A stretch of 63,577 nt of DNA, from the NCBI GenBank assembly GCA_003193925.1, contig PSPG01000009.1:1-63577 (forward strand). The letters are read 5' to 3'. The translations under genes were made by a program, and so were the position numbers. Within the stretch, counting starts at the first letter, position 1. Every line of letters begins with the position of its first letter. The stretch comes from Candidatus Thalassarchaeum betae (lineage in GTDB: Archaea > Thermoplasmatota > Poseidoniia > Poseidoniales > Thalassarchaeaceae). Shown one piece after another: positions 10,755 to 19,440 of the stretch. The notes below the pieces were generated by a model that was given only the letters and a program-made list of their open reading frames with translations, was not told the origin of the DNA and made no database searches.

Positions 10755-11975
10755 CTAGTCGCAGTTCGTTGTCGAGGTCCACGCCTCGTTAGTCGGATCG
10801 CCGCCGGTCTCGCCGCCCTCTTCCGTGTAATCGTAGTAGGAGGTAAACGAAACCACGGAGCTATCGGACCACGGTGATTCCTGGGTGACCTCGGTGGTGA
10901 AGTGGTAGCAGCCGTAATCGCTGACCACCCAGTCCTCAATCGGGATGTACTTCGTGTTCAACTCGAACGAATCCACCGACCCGGGCATCGGGAGCTCTGA
11001 GCCCTCCTCCCCCACGAAGGCGCTGCCGCCGCCGAACTCACCGTTGTTCGAGTCCCACTCGGCAATCCCGTTCACCACTGTGACAGTGGGGTAGACGATG
11101 GTCGCGGTGGAGCCGTAGAAGAGTGTGGCAGAAACGGTGTAGTCGGCGTGCGGGAGTCCCCCGGGCGGATTGTCTCCCATCGCATCCAGTCCGGACCACG
11201 ACTTCAGAGCCACACCGATGATGCACGAATCCTTGGAATCGCTGCACTCACTTTCAGTTCCCATGGCTCCAGCGGTGGCACTCTGTACATCGTCGACGGT
11301 CCTCTGAAGGTGTTTCGACTGCAACTGCATCGAATCAGCTGAGCCCCCGACATCAACGCTCACTACGTACGGCGCGCTATCGGCAGCGTTGCCCTGATAC
11401 CACTCAGAGACCGTGAGGGAGATTAGCCCGTATTTGCCGTATCCGTCCTCCCGGTCTATCGCGAAGGAGATGGTGGACTCCCAGACGGTCGAGCCTTCGT
11501 AGGTGACGGTGACATCAGCGGAGTCCACCGAGGAGCCGAAAATGGCACCGGACTCCCTGATCTTCAAGGCGATCTGGGCCGAGTCGCCTGACAGGTCAGC
11601 ATCAGTGATGGTGATCTCGCCCGAAGACAGGCTCATTGCTGCATAGGGCGATGCGGCGAGGAGGATGTAAACCACAGCGATTACAGCCGTCTGCTTTCTT
11701 TCCATGGCATTCCACACCAAGTAGAATGACCCGGCGAAAATGAGGATTGGGACCAAACCGGCGAATGCATAATCGCTCTGTACCTTGGGATTCACCAGAA
11801 GCCATGAGAGCACCAGCGCGACTAGTGCAAGCCCTGCGCCCTGCTTCATAGGAGCCGACATGAATCCGGAGCCGTCCGGGCTGGCTACATCGGCAACGAC
11901 CACGGCACCGGTAACTTCCCCCTCTCCATCTGGTTGCTGTTCCAGAGCCTTCTCTAGCAGACCGCCGTTACTCAT
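10755..11975 (-). CDS. Hypothetical membrane protein (3 N-terminal TM helices plus acidic extracellular domain)
   Basis: Long ORF with host-like codon usage. ATG 11975 is preceded by GAGG. Confidence 0.75.
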   Translation of the reverse strand: MSNGGLLEKALEQQPDGEGEVTGAVVVADVASPDGSGFMSAPMKQGAGLALVALVLSWLLVNPKVQSDYAFAGLVPILIFAGSFYLVWNAMERKQTAVIAVVYILLAASPYAAMSLSSGEITITDADLSGDSAQIALKIRESGAIFGSSVDSADVTVTYEGSTVWESTISFAIDREDGYGKYGLISLTVSEWYQGNAADSAPYVVSVDVGGSADSMQLQSKHLQRTVDDVQSATAGAMGTESECSDSKDSCIIGVALKSWSGLDAMGDNPPGGLPHADYTVSATLFYGSTATIVYPTVTVVNGIAEWDSNNGEFGGGSAFVGEEGSELPMPGSVDSFELNTKYIPIEDWVVSDYGCYHFTTEVTQESPWSDSSVVSFTSYYDYTEEGGETGGDPTNEAWTSTTNCD

Positions 11976-12061
11976 CCAGAGCGCCTCACAGTACTGTATG
12001 CACGTCACACCTGTGGGTTATCAACCCGTTGACAGGAGGTGAGGAGGCGCCACTGTCTGAA

Positions 12062-12997
12062 TCATAACAGACGGGCGTCGAGGACTCTGGGCTCGTCCAG
12101 GTCATCGTCCTCGTCGTCCCTGTACCTGCCAGCGATGGCCACTGCGGCCAGAGTCGTAATCATCATGGTGCTCATCAGCTCGAAGCCCGGCAGGTACACG
12201 CCTCTGATGTATATCGTCATGGTTTGTATCTGGTAATTCGGTATGCCTTCGGTTCTCACAGAATACTCAGACGTGGCTTTGAACATCAGTGAGAAGTACT
12301 TGTCAGTCCAACCTTGGTTCTTCGGGGTCCTCATCTGCACCCTGATCTTCTCCGCGGGAGCCACCGATTCAATCTCGACCGAGACTAGCGGTATGCTGAG
12401 TTGGAAGCCCTCGTCGTTCAAGTCGTCGTAGTTCTGGACCTCGATGTTGAACCTGTCCATCGCGTTGCCGTCATTGTAGACATCGAAGACGAGCATGTAG
12501 TCGACCTTGGGCCTGAGCTGCAGGAAGGCGACGTCGGAGGCGACTCGGAGGCGGCTGAACTGCCTGATTATTGCAAGCACCTTGTAGGTGGTCGGTGTTC
12601 CGACCCAGGTGATGCCGTCGGCCTGAACGACCTCGGCGGTGATGCTGATGATCTGCGAGCCCTCGGGCATCCTCAACTCGGCTCTGGCGACGACCTGGAA
12701 GGCGACGTCGGACTGGGCGCCGACGGTCATGGAGGCCGGGCCGGCTGCAGCCAGTGCGCCCGACTGGATTTGGACGTTCACCTTCTCCTGGTGGATTGTC
12801 GGGTTCTCCAGAGTGCAGTCGATTATGGTGATCCTCGTGGCACCCGGGTAGACATCGATCGGCTGCGGCTGAACGCAACTCAGAGTAATGTCGGGAACAG
12901 GCCCTTGGGCCTGAACCGCGGCGGCCCCGGTCCATGTGCTCAGAAAATAAACTGCCAGGATCATCAACGCTGGTCTGACCGAACGTGCCTTAGCCAT
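12062..12997 (-). CDS. Secreted Ig-like surface protein with PGF-type C-terminal anchor (choice-of-anchor T-like)
   Basis: Signal peptide from MAKARS. C-terminus LPGF + TM + RYR. The track start at 13120 overlaps a tRNA and is rejected. Confidence 0.75.
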   Translation of the reverse strand: MAKARSVRPALMILAVYFLSTWTGAAAVQAQGPVPDITLSCVQPQPIDVYPGATRITIIDCTLENPTIHQEKVNVQIQSGALAAAGPASMTVGAQSDVAFQVVARAELRMPEGSQIISITAEVVQADGITWVGTPTTYKVLAIIRQFSRLRVASDVAFLQLRPKVDYMLVFDVYNDGNAMDRFNIEVQNYDDLNDEGFQLSIPLVSVEIESVAPAEKIRVQMRTPKNQGWTDKYFSLMFKATSEYSVRTEGIPNYQIQTMTIYIRGVYLPGFELMSTMMITTLAAVAIAGRYRDDEDDDLDEPRVLDARLL

Positions 12998-13089
12998 TGC
13001 AATTCGGCCCACTTGGACTGTATTTGAGGGTTCGCACGTAGCGTACGCACAAAACGTCGATTGAAACGCGGTCTGGGGCGAGGGGGAGG

Positions 13090-13163
13090 TGGACCCGACC
13101 GGATTTGAACCGATGACCACTCGGTTATGAGCCGAGCGCTCTAACCAACTGAGCTACGGGTCC
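13090..13163 (-). tRNA. tRNA with CAT anticodon, most likely tRNA-Ile2 (agmatidine-modified) rather than Met
   Basis: GGACCCG/CGGGTCC acceptor stem, CTCGG-CTCATAA-CCGAG anticodon arm, TTCAAAT T-loop. Resembles archaeal tRNA-Ile2. Confidence 0.93.
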
Positions 13164-13274
13164 CTGCACTCCCTCCGGTGCTTTGCGAAATGAACCTTGT
13201 CTTCATGCCCCGGACACGCCCAGCACCGCGCCGCGCTCTCAACCTTGAAGCACGGAGCCCGCACGTGAGGGGGC

Positions 13275-14825
13275 ATGGCGAAGCTTTGGGTGATGTTCTT
13301 CACATCGCTTCTCCTTGTCTCGGCGATGAACTTCTACGCTGTGGTAAGGGAACCAGACATGATAGAGATTGACGAGATACGGAACTACCCTCGAGAGACG
13401 GTGAAGATTGAGGGTGTGCTTACCAGCTACATCCGCGATCCGTACGGGGAGGGTGCCGACAGGATAGACCTGCAGGTGCAGGAGGTCGACGGGCATTCGG
13501 TCGCCAAGGTGCGCTGGAACGTGGATTGGAACAACGATATCCCCCCGATCGGCACGGTGGTCACCGTAGAGGGGGAGGTGTCGGAATGGAATGGCAGGAT
13601 ATGGCTGCAGTCGAACGGTTACGGCGCCATAGTGGCCAAGGGCGAAGTCATAGAGTTCACCGAGACGAAGTTGGTGGAGGTCGGGCAGAACCCGGAAGCC
13701 TTCGCCAACATGTCGTTAACGATAGACGGGTGGCTAAGCGAGTCCCTCGCTCCTGACGTCACCTACCACTCGCTGTACCTGATGGATAACCAGGTCTACG
13801 GCGGCGCCGACCACCTGCTGTACATGCAGGTCGAGGGACGCGTCATGGAGTGGGTCGAAGCCGGCAGCCACGTCGTCGTCAACGGCTGGTTGCAGTTCGA
13901 CGAGCGCTCCTACAGATGGAGGATCCTAGTCCAAGCCACCGGAGTAGAGGTGCTCTCACAGGGCGAGACCGTCTACCTCGACTGGGAGACCGAGCCGTAC
14001 ACCCTAACCTATGAGGTAGGTAAACTGGTCATCGTGGATGGCACTGTGGTGAATGACGGCGATGAGTGGTGGATCCTCGGAGATGCCCCGACCGACCGAC
14101 TCTGCATGCTGCCCTCCCCCGATGACCTCGAGAACGATATCTCAGGGCAGTCTGGCGATTGGGGCGGCAGGCTCGCATGGTCGACCGACGAGGCCGAGGT
14201 CTGCCTCGACAGGGGATACGTCGAGGCACTGCAACACCCTGCAGGGCAGTTCGGCGACGACATCACCTCGATGAAGGAGGTCGTCGAAGATCCCTTCGCA
14301 TACATCGGCAACAGCTACCAGTTCGAGGGTTGGATCACCGATCCGATCTCGCCGGACTACGACAAGGGCTACGTCGGCGACGGTCCGGGTTACTACGATC
14401 GCGAGACGAAACTCAGGATTGAATTCGTGGGAGAGCACGTTGAGTGGATCGAGGCCGACCAGGCGATTCGGTTCAACGCCACCGTGCTGTGGTCGGAGGG
14501 GGAGGGCAGGATCGTCCTCGAGGCGCGCTCCTGGTTGCTCGGCGAGGCTCCGGACCCCTCGGTACTGAACTGGGGCGACGGTTACAACTCATGGAAGTGG
14601 GACATCGGCAAGCTCGTGCGGATCACCGGCGAAGCGGAGATGGACGAGGACGGCGGCCAGTGGATTTCCCGCTCTGGCTCCGATGAGAGGGTGTGCCTGC
14701 TGGGTGACGGCAGCGAGGCCAGCCAGCAGGAGCAGATCGGCGAGCCCATCGACTGGGTCGGCCGACTTACCATGACTGAAGACTCGATTGACAACTCCGC
14801 TCAATTCTGCATCGACATCCGATGA
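13275..14825 (+). CDS. Membrane-anchored exported protein with about five tandem OB-fold-like repeats
   Basis: N-terminal TM. Recurrent V.I.G..(S/T) starts and G..V.V.G....W/F.G segments, e.g. PPIGTVVTVEGEVSEWNG and EAGSHVVVNGWLQF. Confidence 0.7.
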   Translation: MAKLWVMFFTSLLLVSAMNFYAVVREPDMIEIDEIRNYPRETVKIEGVLTSYIRDPYGEGADRIDLQVQEVDGHSVAKVRWNVDWNNDIPPIGTVVTVEGEVSEWNGRIWLQSNGYGAIVAKGEVIEFTETKLVEVGQNPEAFANMSLTIDGWLSESLAPDVTYHSLYLMDNQVYGGADHLLYMQVEGRVMEWVEAGSHVVVNGWLQFDERSYRWRILVQATGVEVLSQGETVYLDWETEPYTLTYEVGKLVIVDGTVVNDGDEWWILGDAPTDRLCMLPSPDDLENDISGQSGDWGGRLAWSTDEAEVCLDRGYVEALQHPAGQFGDDITSMKEVVEDPFAYIGNSYQFEGWITDPISPDYDKGYVGDGPGYYDRETKLRIEFVGEHVEWIEADQAIRFNATVLWSEGEGRIVLEARSWLLGEAPDPSVLNWGDGYNSWKWDIGKLVRITGEAEMDEDGGQWISRSGSDERVCLLGDGSEASQQEQIGEPIDWVGRLTMTEDSIDNSAQFCIDIR

Positions 14826-14834
14826 GGTGATCCC

Positions 14835-16490
14835 TTGGACCCCATGGTTGTCGACTTCGGGTGGCTGATTGGCTCCTACCTGATTGGCATCATGCTGGGT
14901 TGCCTGACCGGGCTGATTCCCGGCTTCCACGTGAACAACGTGGCTCTGATCGCTCTGAGCCTCTCTCCGGTGGCCGTAGCCGTAGGGGTCCCGTTGGACG
15001 CGGTCGCTGGCATCATCGTGGCCTGCGGCACCGTCCACACATTCCTCAACTACATCCCGAGCGCCCTGATCGGCGCGCCGGATGACAACATGGCGCTCGC
15101 TCTCCTGCCCGGACACAGGATGCTGATCTCCGGGCAGGCCGCGCAAGGAGTGGCTTACTCCGCGCGAGGCTCGCAGATGGGCATGCTGATGTCAATACCG
15201 CTGCTCATCGTCGCAAGGCTGCTGTTCGGAGAGGATCCCGGGCTCGGGCTGTACGAGTCGAGTCGTGACGTCCTGCCTTGGCTGCTGCTCATCATCTCGA
15301 TATTCCTTATCATGACCGAGACGACTAGGCTGCCTTGGCCCGACTGGGCGCAGAGGCTGACCGGGAAACTGGTGATTCCGCTGCCGCGGAAGATCGAGTT
15401 CAACATACCCGTTGGAAAACTCAACATCCACCGCAGGTGGGAGAATCTGGACCTGAGGCTCGGCTCCAGCTCAAGGACCGCGGGCATGCTGGCGGCGACG
15501 TTCTTCTTCCTTCTGACCGGGTTCTACGGCTGGGCTGTGTTCGAGTTGCCCGGCCGCTCTCCAATCGGCATGCCCTCGGCCACCCTGCTGTTCCCCGGGC
15601 TGGTGGGCCTGTTCGGATTAGCGAACCTGATCGACATCTACGTCACCACCTCGGAGATTCCCCCTCAGGAGGCGAACTGGGAGATGCCCCCGATGAAGCC
15701 CCTCGCAATACCCACCTTCCTATCGGCGGTCGTCTCGTCCGTGATGGCCATCCTGCCGGGGATGACCGCCGCCCAAGCCACCGTGGTGGTGATGAGCATG
15801 CGCAACTTATGGGGTCGCCTGACCGACCCTGACTACATCCCGGCTGACTTCGAGCATGGGATGGAGCCGGGCTTCGTGCCGTACGCCTCCCCCTTGGACC
15901 TCGACGACCTCGACGAGCTCTCTGACGAGGAACGAGAGATCTTCGGCGAGGCACTGACCGAGGCGGGGGTGAGCCCAGACCTCGACCTGGGTGCGCAGAG
16001 CCAGCAGCAGGACCTCGAGGTCATCGCCGTGCTGTCCTCGGTGAACACCGCTGTCACAGTCATGGTCCTCGGGTTCCTGTACATGGTCGGCAGGCCTCGC
16101 TCGGGTGCCGCACTGGCTCTCAACATGATGTACCCGATAGACATGTGGAACACCGTCGAGCCGCCGGCTGACTTCATCCGCCTGCTCGGCATCACGATCG
16201 CCTCGGGGCTGTTCGCAGTCCCCGTGATGATCAAGGTCGGCAAGGCGATGCTCAGGATGCACGAGATCGTCCCGCTGAGGACAGTGGTGATCTCGGTCAC
16301 CGGATTCATCTCGATACTCGTCTGGCTATCCACCGGATGGATAGGATTGGGGGTTCTGATCATCGGCACTGGGATGGGTCTGATGCCACCCCGTATAGGC
16401 ATCAGGCGCAGCCACGCGATGGGCATCATCCTAGTCCCAATCATGATTTACACCTTCGCTCGAGAATTCGACGCATTCGGCTTCATTTGA
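14835..16490 (+). CDS. TctA-like (DUF112) tripartite tricarboxylate transporter-family permease
   Basis: G.LTGLIPGFHVN, HTFLNYIPS..IGAPD, LLPGHRML..G, RSG, G..RSHAMG motifs. TTG start with GAGGTGA SD overlapping the upstream stop. Confidence 0.88.
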   Translation: MDPMVVDFGWLIGSYLIGIMLGCLTGLIPGFHVNNVALIALSLSPVAVAVGVPLDAVAGIIVACGTVHTFLNYIPSALIGAPDDNMALALLPGHRMLISGQAAQGVAYSARGSQMGMLMSIPLLIVARLLFGEDPGLGLYESSRDVLPWLLLIISIFLIMTETTRLPWPDWAQRLTGKLVIPLPRKIEFNIPVGKLNIHRRWENLDLRLGSSSRTAGMLAATFFFLLTGFYGWAVFELPGRSPIGMPSATLLFPGLVGLFGLANLIDIYVTTSEIPPQEANWEMPPMKPLAIPTFLSAVVSSVMAILPGMTAAQATVVVMSMRNLWGRLTDPDYIPADFEHGMEPGFVPYASPLDLDDLDELSDEEREIFGEALTEAGVSPDLDLGAQSQQQDLEVIAVLSSVNTAVTVMVLGFLYMVGRPRSGAALALNMMYPIDMWNTVEPPADFIRLLGITIASGLFAVPVMIKVGKAMLRMHEIVPLRTVVISVTGFISILVWLSTGWIGLGVLIIGTGMGLMPPRIGIRRSHAMGIILVPIMIYTFAREFDAFGFI

Positions 16491-16577
16491 GCCTCAGTGA
16501 CGCGTTTATTTCATTCTGAAAGGTAGTGCAACACTTATCTCACACATCCCCGTGTGCGCGCGTAGAGAGTGCATACC

Positions 16578-19343
16578 ATGAACCGCAACAAATCGATAGC
16601 ATTGATGCTCACAGGAATAATACTGGTCAGCCTGAACATGTTTATCTTGACCGGAGTCGTGTCAAGTAATGTCCAAGCCGGCGTCGAGGACCTGATTGTC
16701 GACGGGAGGGACGAGGCTTCTGATTGGGAGGACGAAGAGTGGCTCGTCCAGACCAGCGAGAGAGTCTACTTCGCCTACAACTTGACGAATCAGGATGCTA
16801 GCCTCAACGATGAAATCGCCGTGTTTGAGAAGGTGGGACCGTTCATCTACGCCGTCACGACGACCAAGGAGATTCTTGACTTCGACGCTGACGCGGGCAC
16901 GATCACATACTCCGAGTACGACTCATTCGAATGGTGCGAAAACTGCACATGGACGGATGATGACGGCAACGAACACGCATCGGTCTCGGGTGAGACCAAC
17001 CTGACCAACGCCAACATCCTGTGGAACACCCAGAGGATGGCCGGATTAGCAACTGCAATCACCTACGGCGAGATCTTCGCCAAGGCCGGCTTCGCCCAGC
17101 AGATGCAGATCAACGACCTGCAGAACAGGGCGCCCAGCATCTGGGCCGCCGAGTACGCAGAGACGCTGATTGCAGGTGCTGCTGCGCAGATTAACTCAAC
17201 GGGCATCGACATGCCCACTGCTGAAGCGATGGCCCCGGCGGCCGTGCTCAGGGGGGCCTACGACGGCTGGCTCGCCCAGAGCGGTGCGAGTGACGCCAAC
17301 CCCGACTTCGCCAGTTACGCCGACGTCATACTGTACAGCGCCGTCGACCCGTCTACGGGATCCTGCATAGCCCTGATAGGTGACTCCGCCTGCAAGGATG
17401 GCAGTACGTCACTCCATCCAGACCACGGTATCGGCCATATGCTGGTGGCAGGGATGGGTGAGCCGAGCGAGGCCACGACGCCGGTACGAGCGGCCCTGTA
17501 CGGATACTCCGGTGCGAGTGCTGAGGAAATGGCTGCGATTGACTGGGCCGTCTACGCCATGGCCGGCACCAACTTCGTCATGATGGGCGGTGGGGAAGAC
17601 CTTGACTCGATTGACGATTGGCGAGAGCGCCTGGTTGAGGTCAGCGGGGTCGACATCGCGAACCCCGTCGCCTTGAACAACGTGCTCTTCGGCACTGAGG
17701 AGTCCAATGAAATCGGGCAGATTTCCGACGGGATGCTCTCGGAGAGCGACTTCCAAGGAATCCCGCTCTTCGGCGTAGCCCTGTTCCTTCTGGGCGCTCA
17801 GGGGGATGCGTTCAGCACGATGGTGTCGTACAGTATCGGGCTGACCCAACTGCTCGGCCTGGCCGACTGGGGAGGCGAATGGATCGGCATGCTCGGCACA
17901 CCTCGTGAATTCCCGATGATCCTCGTGGGGGGATCAGGTGCAATGGACGCCGACCAGTGGTGGATGATCTCGTTCTGCGGCGTGGAGCCCCTTGCGGGAG
18001 GTTACCTCTCCATCGGCCTCAACAGGGGCGACTACGAGGGTACTGTGGACCTGCCCCCCGAGAAGTGCCTCGAGATAGAATACACCTCGGACTATGCCCT
18101 GACCGGCGACTTCGCCACCGAGTTCATCTACGCCGAGTTCTCTGGAGTGACGCTTCCGAGGGGTTCCGAAGGACCCGAGATGGGGGGTGTCGAGTCGGTG
18201 TGGGACGATGCCTATGTCGCAGGCCTCTACGGCATCTCGGAGAGCGAGGCCTCCGCCCTCAGGAGTTGGGTCAAGGACCTCATGTTCGAGCAGGTGATCG
18301 GAGCGCTGCTGGCCTTCCAGTACGGTGCCTCGGCCTGGACCACCCAGTCAATCAACAACTGGCTGTACGGCTGGAGCGACTCGGTTCTGACTGGACTCTA
18401 CGGGGAGGAAAACAGCTGGGTCAAACTTGAGACCAACGAGACCTACTACGGTTCAGGCGGCAAGAGCACCGGCGACTTCTCGGTCTATGTGATGAGTATT
18501 CCTTCGAGTGCGGATGACTTGGGAACCGCCGACCACGCCCTCATGCAGGGCTACATCAACTCTGACGGAGACGGGCTGTGCGACTTCAAGCTCGACGCTG
18601 ACGGCAACGCCGAGTACGCAGTCGAGTGCGAGGCCAACGAGACCTACGGCATGACGGAGCACCTACCGTGGAGAGCCCCCCACAACGAAAAGAGAGTGTA
18701 TGGCCTGCTCTCAGACCATGTAGGGAATTCCAACACCGAGATCACTGGAACCATAGGAGGCATCGCAAATGCGGATGAGCCATTCAGCGTCAATCTAGTT
18801 GGGTACGCCATTGCACAGACCGAGGTCGGAGATACGGTGACCTACAAGGGAATCGAGATGGTCGAGCATCACATCGAGTTGGACCCTGCTGAGAACCAAA
18901 TCCAAGCCAAGCTGATTGGATTTAATCTTGGTCATGTCGCGGTGCTACCCGGCGCTCTGCCGATCTACTTCGGCTCGACTGTCGACATCAAGGTGGAGCC
19001 GGTGACCAACGTCGCCATGTACGGCAAGTCGGTATCTACGTTCTACCTCGACCTCAGATGGGCGGGTGCGATGAACCCGGACTTCAGCGCGTCCTATGTC
19101 CAGCCTGTATTCGAGATCCACACCCTCAGCGAGATCGGTGATGATGATGCTGCCTCGTTCAAGTGCACCGTCATAGACCACATGGGCACTATGTGGTGGA
19201 CCGACTTCGGTGGCGAAGGCGACTGCGAGCTCGAGGCCCTGACAACCTTCTCCTACATCGCTGCGGCGCTCTATGTCGCCGGCATCGGCCTGCTCGCCTA
19301 CGGCGGGATGGGGATTGCTGCGGCCTCTAGAAAGATAGAGTAG
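16578..19343 (+). CDS. CD36/scavenger receptor class B-like protein with two terminal TM helices and a large internal insertion
   Basis: YFAYNLTN..EKVGPFIY..K....GTITYSEYDSFEW, TNANIL, TQSINNWLYGWSDSVL and IKVEPVTN occur in CD36-family order. TM helices at both ends. Alternative GTG start at 16569. Confidence 0.65.
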   Translation: MNRNKSIALMLTGIILVSLNMFILTGVVSSNVQAGVEDLIVDGRDEASDWEDEEWLVQTSERVYFAYNLTNQDASLNDEIAVFEKVGPFIYAVTTTKEILDFDADAGTITYSEYDSFEWCENCTWTDDDGNEHASVSGETNLTNANILWNTQRMAGLATAITYGEIFAKAGFAQQMQINDLQNRAPSIWAAEYAETLIAGAAAQINSTGIDMPTAEAMAPAAVLRGAYDGWLAQSGASDANPDFASYADVILYSAVDPSTGSCIALIGDSACKDGSTSLHPDHGIGHMLVAGMGEPSEATTPVRAALYGYSGASAEEMAAIDWAVYAMAGTNFVMMGGGEDLDSIDDWRERLVEVSGVDIANPVALNNVLFGTEESNEIGQISDGMLSESDFQGIPLFGVALFLLGAQGDAFSTMVSYSIGLTQLLGLADWGGEWIGMLGTPREFPMILVGGSGAMDADQWWMISFCGVEPLAGGYLSIGLNRGDYEGTVDLPPEKCLEIEYTSDYALTGDFATEFIYAEFSGVTLPRGSEGPEMGGVESVWDDAYVAGLYGISESEASALRSWVKDLMFEQVIGALLAFQYGASAWTTQSINNWLYGWSDSVLTGLYGEENSWVKLETNETYYGSGGKSTGDFSVYVMSIPSSADDLGTADHALMQGYINSDGDGLCDFKLDADGNAEYAVECEANETYGMTEHLPWRAPHNEKRVYGLLSDHVGNSNTEITGTIGGIANADEPFSVNLVGYAIAQTEVGDTVTYKGIEMVEHHIELDPAENQIQAKLIGFNLGHVAVLPGALPIYFGSTVDIKVEPVTNVAMYGKSVSTFYLDLRWAGAMNPDFSASYVQPVFEIHTLSEIGDDDAASFKCTVIDHMGTMWWTDFGGEGDCELEALTTFSYIAAALYVAGIGLLAYGGMGIAAASRKIE

Positions 19344-19440
19344 CGACGCTGTGTCTCAGTTCCCGCAATCAGCCGGCTACGCCGGCTGCGTGTCCGCGTG
19401 CACGAAGGGTTGAACCCATGTCGGCGGGCAGCCTCGCGCC

